Positions 1 to 12,222 of a stretch of DNA of 64,000 nucleotides are shown here, in pieces. Source of the stretch: Leucoraja ocellata (taxonomy: Eukaryota); assembly GCA_036785375.1 (NCBI GenBank), contig JAWMAR010000030.1:7254001-7318000 (forward strand). Reading direction: 5' to 3'. The notes beneath the pieces were generated by a model. It was not told where the DNA came from. It worked only from the letters and a program-made list of their open reading frames with translations, and made no database searches. The position numbers and the translations under genes are program-made. The first letter of the stretch is position 1. Every line of letters starts with the position of its first letter.

Positions 1-227
1 CTCATCAGCTACTCATAATGGGTCTAATTCCTAGTTGGAGGGTTCATCCAATCAAGGTTAATACTAACACATATGCTTTTCAGTACTTCAGTTACCACCT
101 TCTCAGTGTTAAAGATGCTTTAGTATAAAATACACATGACTGCAAACAGAATAAAAAGTAGCGCCCGCTTTTAAAAGGAATATAGTTTGAACATTCCATT
201 CATTTGGGAGTTTGTAGTGCAGATTAC

Positions 228-355
228 CTCATCAGCTGGCAGCGTGGCAAGTGGTTTTATGACTGTAGTGAGGGGAACCTGACATTGTTTTGCCATGTCT
301 GAAGTGCAAGGTATATTGTAAGTTGCACATCGAACAAAACGAGGACTTGCATTCC
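228..355 (-). CDS. SEC24C: SEC24C coding exon ([43 protein letters not shown]); gene continues beyond left edge
   Basis: ttgcag acceptor, gtaatc donor, 128 nt, phase 1->0. Peptide matches the remembered SEC24[25 protein letters not shown] segment. Confidence 0.95.
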
Positions 356-1085
356 CTGCAAGAGAACAAAATAAGTTTTATTCTCCGATGAAATCAAAGT
401 TTTACCTTATAAATGCACTACTAAGGAGCCGTTTCATTAGTAAACCTCCATTTGGTACTCTTTTTCATTGATTTAATAAAAACAAAAAAAACTTAATTTA
501 CAGTATTTTTGAGTGCTTCAATTGTATGTAACATACATCATACACTGCAAGGAAACAGTGATCTAAAACATTCGTAGGTTGGTTTGAAAAGAGAAAAAGA
601 TTGGCAAGTAATCACAACTGTGGACAAAATAACACACACATTTGCTAGTTACTTTGTTGGCTAAAAGCCACTGAACTGTAAATTGAGACATACAATTCTT
701 GAATCATTGATCCCATTAATTTTTGTTTTTCAGAAGTCTCTATTACATCAATGTGAACATCACCCAATATTTTTACAACCGAGACATATTGACAGATGTA
801 GGTACATCTTGAATTAGGTTAAAGGCCCGTCGGCTCAACTCATCTATGCCAACCAAGATGCCCAATCTAAGCGAGTTCCATTTGCCCATGTCTGGTCCAT
901 ATCTATGGCCTTTCCTAGCCTCAACTACTTCATTTGGCAGCTTTTTTCATATATCATGTGTGGAAAAAGTTGCTCCTTAGGTTCCTATTAAATCTTTCCC
1001 CTCTTGTGTGAAAGAGGTCAATATGATTTGCATGCAAATCACAAATATGAAGGAATTTTGTTGAAGCTGAGCAAATTAAATCTAC

Positions 1086-1197
1086 CTTGATCCTTTACCA
1101 CAAAGTCAGTCGTCACGAGTGGTGGCACTTGTCCTCTTACACCTGTCGAAAATGGTTCAGATCCTCGATTCGACTTATCATCCTCAATTACTTGGAT
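1086..1197 (-). CDS. SEC24C: SEC24C coding exon (IQVIEDDKSNRGSEPFSTGVRGQVPPLVTTDFVVKDQ)
   Basis: cag acceptor, gtagat donor, 112 nt, phase 0->1. Conserved IQVIEDD...GQVPPLVTT motif of SEC24C/D. Confidence 0.95.
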
Positions 1198-2588
1198 CTG
1201 TTACAGCACACAATACAATATTTTAGTCATTTATTAAAGTTCAAGCTATCCATTATCATTTGTAGAGATGAATAGATGCACTATAAGCTGGTATAAAAGG
1301 ATGAGCAGCCAATTCCACTATGTAACATTAACTAACCACTTAAACCTTTGCTAACAGTCTTGTGAATGCGTGTGCTGCCTGAGCCATAAATGGCCTGGAA
1401 GCTAAGTTTACAAATCAACATTGGATCATAATTGCCTTTAGCACTCCTAACATGCCAAGAGTAAAGAATTCAGCCCAAATTCCCAATTAATGTTCAGTGA
1501 TAACTGTTCAAATGCAAAGGTTTACACGATCGCGCGTTCAACTGTGGTAGCCTCTCCACCCTGCTCACAGTGTCTATTGTCTCAATTAACCATTTGGACA
1601 GTGTACCAAATAGGTTTTTGATGCCTATGGAACAACACAAAAGCACTAAAGTGAATATCTAAAGTGTGCAACACAGATGAATTAGAAAAAAGTGGCAATG
1701 CTTGGAAAGGACAGGGAAAGTAGAAAATCCATTACGCATCGAATCTAGACTTGCATTACACCAAACATTTGCCAGTCAAAGGTATCTCAGACTGGATCAC
1801 TGAAGAGCCTCCAATAGGAGAAAAACTCATTCAGCACCTGCTTTTCACTGAAAAAATTCAAAATAAGTACATTGATTTTATGCGGCCACTAAAATTAATT
1901 CTAAAGAGTCATAACAGCACATAAGTACCAATAATTAAAGTCGCAGCTAGCTTTCTCAGTTAGCTTGATTTTGGAATGACATATAATGTCCATTCTAAAA
2001 CTTCTCCAAACTTATTGTTACTACTAATTACTACACCAAAGATTCTGCAATTAAAAATATCCCAAAAAAGAGACAAGAGGGTTTCCATCTCTTGCACAGG
2101 TTTCATAAAAATAATGAAAAATGTAGAGAAATTATATTGATGAAGTGTAATGGGGAAAAAATAAAAACAGTATCTAGCTAATAAAGCTAGTTAGTGCTGG
2201 AAATTAAAATCCAGACCAAAAATGCTCACCATGTATGCAAGTTTAGATCCTGTAATTAAATATAAATTTGTATCTAATGCTAACCTATTAACACATGACT
2301 GTAAGATCACAACATTAATGTGTTCAAACACTAAATTCTCCACGTCATATGATAAAAGCTTTAGTAATCTATTGGAAAGATTTGCAGTATAAATATTTTC
2401 TTGGGCATTCACTTTAGCTGTCATTTACCTTTTAAATAAAATGTGGAATTGCAAAATAGCACCGACAAAGTTCAACAACATTATGACCTTACAGCATGTC
2501 GCTCATAATTGCAGATCAATGAGCCTTTTGGAGTTTAAGCAGGGCAGTAATGCAGAAGGTAACAGCACGTACATACAAGCAGACTTAC

Positions 2589-2657
2589 TGGACTAGGAAT
2601 TGCATCTGGATCTATTCTATGTCTTGTTTTCTTTTGAGTTGGCAGTTCATTAAGTTG
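2589..2657 (-). CDS. SEC24C: SEC24C 69-nt alternative cassette exon (QLNELPTQKKTRHRIDPDAIPSP)
   Basis: ttttaag acceptor, gtaagt donor, 23 codons, phase 0->0. Repeats the DPDxIPSP motif. Matches the size and position of the mammalian tissue-specific SEC24C exon (from memory). Confidence 0.88.
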
Positions 2658-3953
2658 CTTAAAAGGGCACAAATGAGCAGCAAAACAGGAGAGAAACAAG
2701 AGTAACAATTGTTACTTCTACCTTCCTACACAAATGGTGCCATATCAGCAAGTCCTTTGATATACATCATTGCACATGCAAGTAGTGCTAATCAGTTAGA
2801 CAGCTATCTAAACACGTCAATACCAAATGCAAGACCTCTTAACTGCCTTAAAAGAAAATCAACATTTCCAGAAAATATTCTGGGAAAATAATTCCATCTA
2901 TAAACGTGTTAGCTCTTCAATTATGTGCTTTTCAATATTAATTCATAAAATGTGCTAAAATTAAGTGCAATTTAATAAAAACGATTGAAAATTATATGGT
3001 GTGGTTTTAATGTTTCTTTCATTCATGCCAGTTTCCCAGACACAAAAATGAGTTGAGAAAGCCAAACACATTAGACCGACCATGTATGATTAAATGGTTA
3101 GTTGTGAAAGGATGTTTGCAACATAGCAACCGCATTCATCTCCTGGGTAGGGAAATTTCGATAATTAAAATATCCTCACCAGAATTAATTCCAAATGGTG
3201 CAAAACACAAAGAAAATCGCTGCAACTGCTTAAAGTAAAATAGTACCTCTTTTCCCTGAGATCGATGTATATCTATGGCAACCTATGCAAAAGTGTTGGG
3301 ATACTGGCAGAATTCTCTTTTCAACCATTTCCTTTTCAATTATAAAAAATCACCACTAATCTACGCATTTACTGATCTGAAAATATTTGTTTAAAGTAGA
3401 AAGCTGAGAAAAATTATTAAGAGCAGTATAATTTAAACACTTCCTAACAAAGATTCAAGGTCTTTGAATCATCTGCTTTCATAAATTCTGCAAACACTCA
3501 ATCCAAAGTCTCGAGGATAACTGCACAAACAGAAATAACTTCATTCAAACTCACCTATTCACAAAGAACCAACAATCTCCCCATTATTGCATTGGTTTCA
3601 AAAATAATTATCAAATTCACAGTTCTACTACTCTTTCCAGAGACTCTTCTAAGCATTATCACCAATTAACTCACATGCTTCATGTCTACCTAAACTACTT
3701 AAAAGCTCAGCCTGAAAAGTGAACTTTAGGTCTTCAGGAGTCTTATAGTTACAGGTGCCAAAATATTCAATATTGGTTTATTGGCAAGTATTTCTAGCAC
3801 TTTTGGTATTAGATTTTTAACATCTGCAATGATTCAGAATGCTGCATTTTTACCCTGGATATATTACATATATCTTAGATCGTTTTCAGACATATTGATA
3901 CAGCCCGATTTGGGTATCTAAATTCATGTGGTCAGCAACAGCGCAACTGTTAA

Positions 3954-4116
3954 TTAAGAGGGAGTTAGATGTGGCCCTTGTGGCTAAAGGGATCAGGGGG
4001 TATGGAGAGAAGGCAGGTACAGGATACCAAGTTGGATGATCAGCCATGATCATATTGAATAGCGGTGCAGGCTCGAAGGGCCGAATGGCCTACTCCTGCA
4101 CCCATTTTCTATGTTT
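3954..4116 (+). mobile_element. CR1/HER1-type LINE 3' end fragment (~160 bp)
   Basis: Near-identical to the 3' end of the CR1 copy at 56933-57510 (RELDVALVAKGIRGYGEKAGTG, 3'UTR, tctatgttt tail). Confidence 0.85.
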
Positions 4117-4833
4117 TATTGTTAAAATTATTTTTGAGTACGTTAAAATAACATGTATAATACTAGTATAACACATGGATGCTAGGTATTCAACTAACAG
4201 CTGTAGTAAAATCTACAATGGTAATTAAACATTACCTGATATATCAGAAATAAATCAGCCCTGTAATGGTGCCACAATGGATTACAAGTTTAAAGCACCT
4301 TATAGCAAGGTTGTTTATTACCTTGCCTCAATACCTATCTTGGCATTTCAGGTCCAATCCTGCTGCCTTGTCTAACAGCCTCACTCTTTCTACATCTCAT
4401 TCTTTCTACATCTCGTACTCTCAAGATATTGATACCAGATCAGGAATGAACTAGTTTGTCCCACAAGCGCAAGACCACCCGAATTCCAAACTATTCTGAA
4501 GAAAATTGGATCCAAGTAACACAATTTGCTAGTGCAGGAATTGCTATTACTAGACACAGCTTGTTACGTACACACAAGCTGGTTACGTACACGTACAGGC
4601 TATATTAAAAAAACACGACTTGTGAACATGGGTTCAAACACATTGAAAAAAGTTTGGGGGGGGGGGGGGGGGGGAAAGGGGGGGTGGTTTACATTCAAAT
4701 CTCCAACATATCCATGCAAGTGAATCCTTTTCAACCAATTTCGAGCAGAAAGTGAGAAAATTTGCTGAGCAGTTCTACAAACATTAGAACACAACAGGGT
4801 GAATAACAAAAACAAAAAAACCAGTGTGCTTAC

Positions 4834-4958
4834 AGGGCTTGGAATGCTGTCCGGGTCCAATCGTTTCTGCTGAGGTGGAGGTTGACTGCTGTAATTTGGT
4901 GCTCCAGTGGAAGGTGCGGCATAATTTGGTTGGGGCGCCCTCATTTGCGCAAAGGAAC
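4834..4958 (-). CDS. SEC24C: SEC24C coding exon (GSFAQMRAPQPNY...QQKRLDPDSIPSP)
   Basis: tag acceptor, gtaagc donor, 125 nt, phase 1->0. Contains the RLDPDxIPSP motif. Confidence 0.95.
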
Positions 4959-5488
4959 CTAGAACATCACATCAAGGTAAGTGGCAGACTAGCATATCCC
5001 AACTTTACAGAACACCACTATCCATTCTTACAACAACAATTTGCTTTTGTGCAAATTCACTGACAAATTGGATAGTCACCTTTATAAAATAGACTAAGCA
5101 GAATGCATATCTAATAAAAGGTACACAACAAGGTAGGCATCTGTAACATCTAGACAGCATAATTTTTCAAAAAAATTATCTTTTGAGTCCCACTTCAGAG
5201 CATCTTCCCCAGAATTGTGTAATGCATCCATCCAGTTCCTCATTATAATGTATGACTGGATTGGTTCCACAGCCCTTTTAGGCAGCACGTTCAAAATCTT
5301 GCTGGGAAAACATATTCAGTTGCTCAACTTCCCTTCCTGCTTTTACTTAGAACTCATATTTGAAAGTGGGGCTCATGTGGGTGAGACAGAAATATTTTCA
5401 TTCCTGGGCAGTACAGTTCTGAAAATCATTCTGTAGCATAGATATCGATCAGAGAAAACTTTGTTCTATGTATTGCATAAAAGCTTAC

Positions 5489-5893
5489 CGTTCTGTTGTG
5501 GTACAAATCCCTGATTAGGTGCTGGATGCATTTGAAAGCCCTGTGTTGGAGCACCAGGGATTGGTCCTGGCATACCAGGCTGTGGACCCAAAGATCTGTG
5601 ATTAGGCTGGGGTGGATAAGGTCCCGATGGAGGCTGTCCTGGCAGAGGTTGTCCATGCATCGTAGGAGGTCTTTGCATTCCAACTGAAGGAGGATGAATC
5701 ACACCCGTAAGACCTATTGATGTGGGAGGAGACAAGAAGGTTGACACTGGGGAGGGTTGCCCAGGAAAAGGATGCTGAGGATGGCTATTATCTTGCGGTG
5801 TGCTTGAGGGAATATTCTGAGGCGCTGCAGAATACGCTGCTGGACCCACAGGCGGCAAACTAGTTGCAGCTGGAGGACGAGAAGCAGGCGGGC
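5489..5893 (-). CDS. SEC24C: SEC24C coding exon, Pro/Gln-rich N-terminal region (GPPASRPP...FVPQQN)
   Basis: tttcag acceptor, gtaagc donor, 405 nt, phase 1->1. Open frame within ORF 5466-5858. Confidence 0.92.
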
Positions 5894-6869
5894 CTGAAAA
5901 TAGAATATATTTACAGTCATAAAGATTCCTACAGAAACAAAAGTAAAAACAGCCAGCGAGTTAATATAGTTCACAAATGAGGCAGAAAGAATTACATACA
6001 TTTCATAACCATTTCAGGCATTTGCACCTTGCCTTCATTATTAACCAGGCACCAAATGCTTGTGATATGAACATTTGTGATTTAAAAAGGAGAAAAGTGC
6101 AGCACAAATTGTCTAGTATATCAATTTAAAGTGGGATTACTTCCTGAAAGTGGTGACAATTTAAAAATGTAGTCAGAATAGTAAAGAACTCCATTAATTG
6201 AGAGGGACAAAGCACCCCCCATCAATTCCTAAAGGGACAGAATTGATTACCATCAAAATGATGCACTTCAATAAGATATGCAGAAACTGCAAGTTCTACA
6301 TTTATGGTAATGACCCACATCCAACTCCATCTCACCAGCTCCATTCAACTCCTATAGCCTCTCAAATAACCAGATTGCTGTCCAATATCTTTGCTTTCAA
6401 GTTCCTCCATGGTTTATATCGTCTTCTTTGCAATCTTCTCTTGTCCCATCACATCCAAAATGCTAATGGTCCTTCAGTTCTGAGCTTTTCATTATTCACA
6501 TGAAATTAAGTTCTCAATTTTCTTTCTTCAAACCTTGTTCCTTTTTTCAAAGGCACGCATTTCAGTCTAAATCTTTCATTACGTTTTGTATACATTTACC
6601 CCAACAAAACAAAACAACAGTGTAACTTTGGATACATTAGCAGAAAGACCCTACATAAAGACACTTACTTACAATTCCACTTATTTTCTAAGGCGATAGA
6701 TGGTGAATTTCATGCAAATAAAATATTCCACGAATTTACATGCAAATAAAAGCCAAATGAATTAAAGCAACACCCTCACCAAGGGGCACAGGTACTTTTG
6801 AAAGCATTAATTCATGTAATTACATTAATATCATCCCAGACGGCTCGTGTTCTCCAGGGCCTGCGGTTG

Positions 6870-7245
6870 CAACAGTGACACAAATTTCTTCTTGGTCACT
6901 GACCAGCATTACACCACTCTGGTCACACACTCATCTCACTGCTACTATTGGGAAGGTGGTTCTGAAGCCCGAGAACCATAACACCCATGTTCAAGAATAG
7001 CTTCTTCCCATCAGGCTTTTGATCCATACTGCACAGCCCTACCTCAGCAATGATCTGCTATGGACTTTGTTTTTGTTCGACAATACGTCTGTCACACTAT
7101 TGGTTATCCAGTATCATCAAGTAAATGATTGCATTTTGATACTATACATTTATGTTATGTTCTTACATTAATAAGCCTGTAAAGTTGCAGCAAGTAAGGA
7201 TTTCATCATTCCTCTCCCAGTGCACATGACAATAAAACATTCTTC
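6870..7245 (+). mobile_element. Degenerate Rex1/Babar-like LINE 3' end
   Basis: Remnant HxGHTLISLL..G....FKNSFFP coding signature and tgacaataaa tail; boundaries approximate. Confidence 0.5.
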
Positions 7246-7489
7246 ACTCTGTCTTGACAGGCTTTCATAAAAATAACTTGGTGGTGCCCAGCTAGCAGAA
7301 TGACCTGGGTTCAATTCCTACCTCCACTGCCCAGTATTGCAACCTCCGCTGCTCAAATTACCCAGAGAATTCTATGATGTTCTTAAAAATATTAGGAATG
7401 CTGTTCTCAGAAATGACAAATGATTGTCCTATGAGGTACACGACTATTTCACAACTTCAACTGTATACGATCATTTTAACTTTACCTAC

Positions 7490-7668
7490 CGTAACCTTGG
7501 CTGACAGGCGATGCACTGTTGCTGGAAACTCCAGTGATCTGCATGTGGGCCATCTGGTTTGGTAACTGTTGAGCATGACTAAGCGAGGGCGCATACTGTT
7601 GATATGGCATCGGTTGACTACCAGAATGAAGTGTATTCCCAGGCATGTATTGCTGAGACTGTGGAACC
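7490..7668 (-). CDS. SEC24C: SEC24C coding exon (VPQSQQYMPG...LPNQMAHMQITG...SQGY)
   Basis: tttttgtag acceptor, gtaggt donor, 179 nt, phase 2->1. Confidence 0.9.
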
Positions 7669-9120
7669 CTACAAAAAGATTTCAACAGTTAATTTGGAAT
7701 GTTTTTAACTGCAGAGCCAGAGTATGAACTGGGATAAAACGCAGTTTGAACTGTAACAGTTACTCTGAAGGCAGGCAAATTTACCTCCTTCCTGTAAAGT
7801 GTCTGGGGTTCAGTGCATAAATGCCAACATTCAGTATTCCCACTCAAAGCTTCAAACATACTGCATGTTTGCAAACCATTTCTCAACTGTGTTCCAATGC
7901 TGGCCTCCTCATGGACTTCAGCAGTGCATGAAACAGGTGCAATTGCCCAGCAAATTACACCACACATAAACTACCTACTAAAATCATGACACATTACACC
8001 TATTGTGGGAACTACCTATTCATTCGAATAGAACAAAGCTGATAGAAAGGGATCTACCAGTTAAGTCATTTCGAGAATAGCCAGGTTCATTTCAAAGTTT
8101 TTAATTCAATGTTACTATTCTAAATACTTTAAATGTTTACTGAGAAATTCCAGCAGACACCTTGTCCAAATGTCCTCGTACAACTGTCAGAAAATTTAGG
8201 GCTTGAATGTAACCCGTGTCAACTGAAGTCCCAAACTTCCTGACATGTCCTCCCTGTAGTCGTTCCAACTCATGATACAAATGTGGAGTATCAATCTCAG
8301 TGTTTTCAAGCTGCACAGCAGAAGACTCTGTCTGGTCAACCTGCATCAGCTGAGATGTGCTGCAGAATAAGAAACTTAATTCATTTCAGCGAGGAACCAC
8401 TGAGGGAGGCGTGTGTTGGGAGTCAGAGGATGAGTTGTAAGTAATTAACATTTATTAAATTAACGGTATGTATCTCAGTGATTCTTAGCATTTTCATCTT
8501 CAAAAGTTATTAACAGTATAATTTTTCATATTTCAATTTAGAGATCATTTGAATGGCAGAAACATTAGCAGGCATTCAAACTCAGTTTTAACAATCAGTA
8601 AACCGGGATACGCGACTTTCATTTCTATGAACAGGACATGGTATTTATTATTTGAAGGGAGATGAAGTTGGAAGCTAACCTTGTGACCAAGTTGCTCGTG
8701 GAAGATACATTTCAAGTGCTGAGTACTCAGAAGCAAACTTCATGACAAATATGCAAACTTTAAATGAGCTGCTGAATTGTTTCCCACCTCTTTTTTGGTA
8801 TATCTCGCTAGTCTTCCCAGGCAGCTAATCTTATCCCATAGTGGTTACATTAAGATTGGCATAATTTTGTCATATAAAAAAAAAATCGCTTCACTGTAAA
8901 TAGAAGTCATGGCAACTAATGATCACAAAAGCATCAAGTTCAGATACCCTGCAGCAGCCTGTCATGTGCTGATTTGAATACCAAAGCATGCAGCATCTGA
9001 AGTGCATTCCACTGTTGGCCCAATATCAAGCCATTTTTATTAATAAAGCGTTAAAAACTAGCCATTAGCAGCTGCTTTTATTTGAAATGCTTCTGAATTG
9101 GATCTTCATAAGAAAGTGAT

Positions 9121-9432
9121 GGCACGGTGGCACAGCGGTCTAGTTACTGCCTTACAACATTTGCAGCGCCAGAGACCCTGGTTCGATCCCGACTACTGGT
9201 GCCACCTGTACAGAGTTTGTACATTCTCCCCGTGACCGTGTGGATTTACTTTGAGATCTTCGGTTTCCCACCACACTCCAAAGACACAGGTACTTAGGTT
9301 AAATTGACTTGGTACAACAAGTGTAAAATTGTCCCTAGCATGTGTAGGATAGTGTTAATGTGCGGGGATCATGGTCGGTGCAGACTTGGTGGCCCGAAGG
9401 GCCTGCTTCCGTGTTGTATCTCTAAACTAAAA
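9121..9432 (+). mobile_element. tRNA-derived V-SINE (HE1-like)
   Basis: A box GGTGGCACAGCGG, B box GGTTCGATCCC, V-domain GAGTTTGTACATTCTCCCCGTG...TCCAAAGAC, LINE-shared tail GCCCGAAGGGCCTG...TCTAAACTAAA. Confidence 0.85.
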
Positions 9433-9781
9433 GTGTGCTGAATGCTCGTTGTTTGGCATGAGCTGGATGACGAGATGTGTTACACACAAAAATCTATGCA
9501 CATTACATGAAGAAGAACGTTACATCCTTGGTCCAACATAATGCTGCATATTTTCCATAAAGGACATGGTTATATTTTTACTCTGTATAATAAAGTTTCC
9601 AAAGCACCCATTTGTGTAACAACGTTCAGTTCTGCATTTCATTAAATCATGTTACCGGTCTGTACATATTTTGTAAATTGATGTTTGGCAAAGCTGAAGA
9701 AAGATCCTTCTATCTCTTGTCTCAATGCGTTTCAGTCTATCCTCTAATCTATCAGCCTACAAGTTATAAACTTCAACAAAC

Positions 9782-9914
9782 CTTTGCATCTGCTCGGGTA
9801 CTGCAGGACCGTTGTGTACATCTCCCTGCCCATACTGATTATATACTGGCTGCTGTGCAGTTGTTGAGGGAGGAATTGAGGTTGGGGCTGATCCTGGTAC
9901 TGGCCTCAAAGGTC
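9782..9914 (-). CDS. SEC24C: SEC24C coding exon (GPLRPVPGS...YNQYGQGDVHNGPAVPEQMQR)
   Basis: cttgtag acceptor, gtttgt donor, 133 nt, phase 1->2. QGDVxNGP motif typical of SEC24C. Confidence 0.92.
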
Positions 9915-11781
9915 CTACAAGAAACAATGACAGAATTTTAATTAATACAAAGAACAATAAATGCATCTATTTAATTCTGAGATTACATTATTTCAAAAAT
10001 CAAGAGGTTTAACATTCCTTTCAAATTAGAAAAAATAGAAATTGCATAAAATGATGAACACTGGAAATCCTACAATTTAATTTTTGAACAAGTATGGCAT
10101 GGTTCCAGATTCAAATAAACCAGGTATTTGTAAAGAATTGACAATTTTGGTATGCCTATCATTTAAAACAAAAACGCTTAAAATTAGTTACAATTTGGGT
10201 CAATTTATCCAGAGCTGTTTGCCTTTGCCTCAATAAACTAGAAAAATAACTGAATTTCTCGACAGAAAACAGGGGACATGAAGATGGCTTGAATCATTGG
10301 TCACGTGAAATATCATAACGAGATACAGGTGTATCCCCAAAAGTGTTCGTTGCAATGAAAGCAGTTGTCGGGATAACTACACACAACAAAAGCACTTAAA
10401 AAAATGCTTCCCAAATTGTGCTAACTTATTAAAAAAAAATGAAAGATGAACATTATGTAGAAATTCTAACTTGAACTTCATTAAAAATTCTAACCCACCA
10501 GACTTAAAATATAAAATGGTCACTTCCAATGCACTTTTTGCATCCTTTCTGTCAGCATTATAGCTGGGTATGGCAGCTGCTATACCCAAAGCCGCAAGAA
10601 ATTGCAGATTTGTGGATGCCGCCCAGTCTACTAAGCAAAACTAGTTTATTCTCCCAATCTACATCATTACACCCTTGCACTTTAATTTAATCTGCATTTT
10701 TCTGTTGCTGTCACCCTATATTCTGCGTTCTTTCATTTCGTTTTTGCACCAGAGATCACATGACTTATGGAATGATTGGCCTGGATAACACACAAAACAA
10801 AAACTATATCTCACGGTTTATACACGGTAAAATAACAGCTGTTTTAAACTTTCGAATCAGGTCTTGCAGCCAATTCATTTTCATGGAAACTCTAAACCCA
10901 AGGGTAGGAAAAGGAAAATGACATATTTTTAAACTTGCTTTGCATGAGGACATAATTGTTAAAGTGCGTTTGCCAAATAATCTTTTCATTCTTCAAGATA
11001 TAATCTTTTCTTTTATTCATTATAGGAAATGCAGAAACCTGACTGCTGCGACAGATATCAAGGCTGAAGGTGTGATTTCGCCATCAGTCAATGTTTCCCT
11101 TGGAGAGTTGTGAGTAAACATGTTCTTATCGGCAAGATTACTTGTCTGGCTTGAACACGGCAAAAATCACTGTGTAGTGGAGAGAATCTGACATTGCAAG
11201 CCCAGCCCAGAAGGCAAGTGCAAATGCTGACTTATGGGCAACATACAAGTTGCCATGTGTTGTCACAAGTGTGGAAAATTAAACTCAATTAAAACATTCC
11301 ACAAATATAGCCCATTGAAATGCTCTAAACAAAGGGTTGATGGAAAGTTGCTTCATGCGATAAAGCAGGATGAAAATTTAATGGCATTACAGAAATAAAA
11401 GCATTATTCAGTTCTTGCATTAGAAGGCAAAACGTCAAATCTTCATTGAATTTAATGAAAAATGTAGCAATTAATAAAATGACCAACTAAAAATAATCTA
11501 TCAGGGCTCAATTTTAATTCATAAATTTTTACAAAACGGGATTTTGCAACCAATACAAAGATTTATGAAGAGCGAATTGAAGATGCAAAACCATTTAAAA
11601 CACAATCTTGCTCTGTAAGGTTACAGGTACTAAACATAGTTACGGGATTGGGCAAAACGAGAAATTACTGCTCATCTTCAATTCTTCCTAAATCAAGTAG
11701 TTTTGATAGGGATATGTTAAGTGAGGTTCTGGAATGACCTGCAGACTAAAGGGAAGACTAATGATCTGCAGACTAAATGGT

Positions 11782-12222
11782 GGCATGGTGGCGCAGCCTT
11801 AATGTCACGGGGCGACGCCTGCGTGGACGTGAGTAGTCGCCCAAAGAGTCGTACCTTTTTCTGGTCGCCGCTTGATTTTCAACACGTTGAAAAATTTCGG
11901 CCACCTGCTGCGACTATGACGGGTGCCAGCAAGTGGTCGTAAGTGGAACAGGCCCTTTATAGCGCCGGAGACACTGGTTCGATCCCGACTATGGGTGCTG
12001 TCTGTACGGAGTTTGTACTTTCTCCCCGTGTGTTTTCTCTGAGATCTTTGGTTTCCTCTCACACTCCAAAGACGTACAGGTTTGTAAGTTAATTGGCTTG
12101 GTATAAGTGTAAATTGTCCCTAGTGTGTGTGTGTAGGATAGTGTTAATTTGTGGGGATCGCTGGTCGGTGTGGACTCGGTGGGCCGAAGGTCCTGCTTCC
12201 ACGCTGTATGTCTAAACTAAAC
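11782..12222 (+). mobile_element. HE1-like V-SINE interrupted by a MITE fragment
   Basis: Same A/B boxes, V-domain and tail as 9121-9432, with a ~155-bp foreign insert between the A and B boxes. Confidence 0.8.
11802..11956. mobile_element. PIF/Harbinger-like MITE fragment
   Basis: Flanked by TTA...TTA. Ends in AAGTGGAACAGGCCCT, the near reverse complement of GGGCCTGTCCCACTT at 44871. Confidence 0.6.

Noticed and set aside
4656-4674. Poly-G run (also poly-C at ~16832 and ~58610)
   Set aside because: Simple homopolymers with no further structure.
7785-7967. ORF with a GAG|GTAAAT donor in a SEC24C intron
   Set aside because: The open frame ends in phase 0, but the next exon needs phase 2, and that frame has stops; no clear acceptor.
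9121-9200. tRNA-like A/B boxes as a tRNA gene
   Set aside because: Continues into the V-domain and LINE tail, so it is a SINE head; no cloverleaf.
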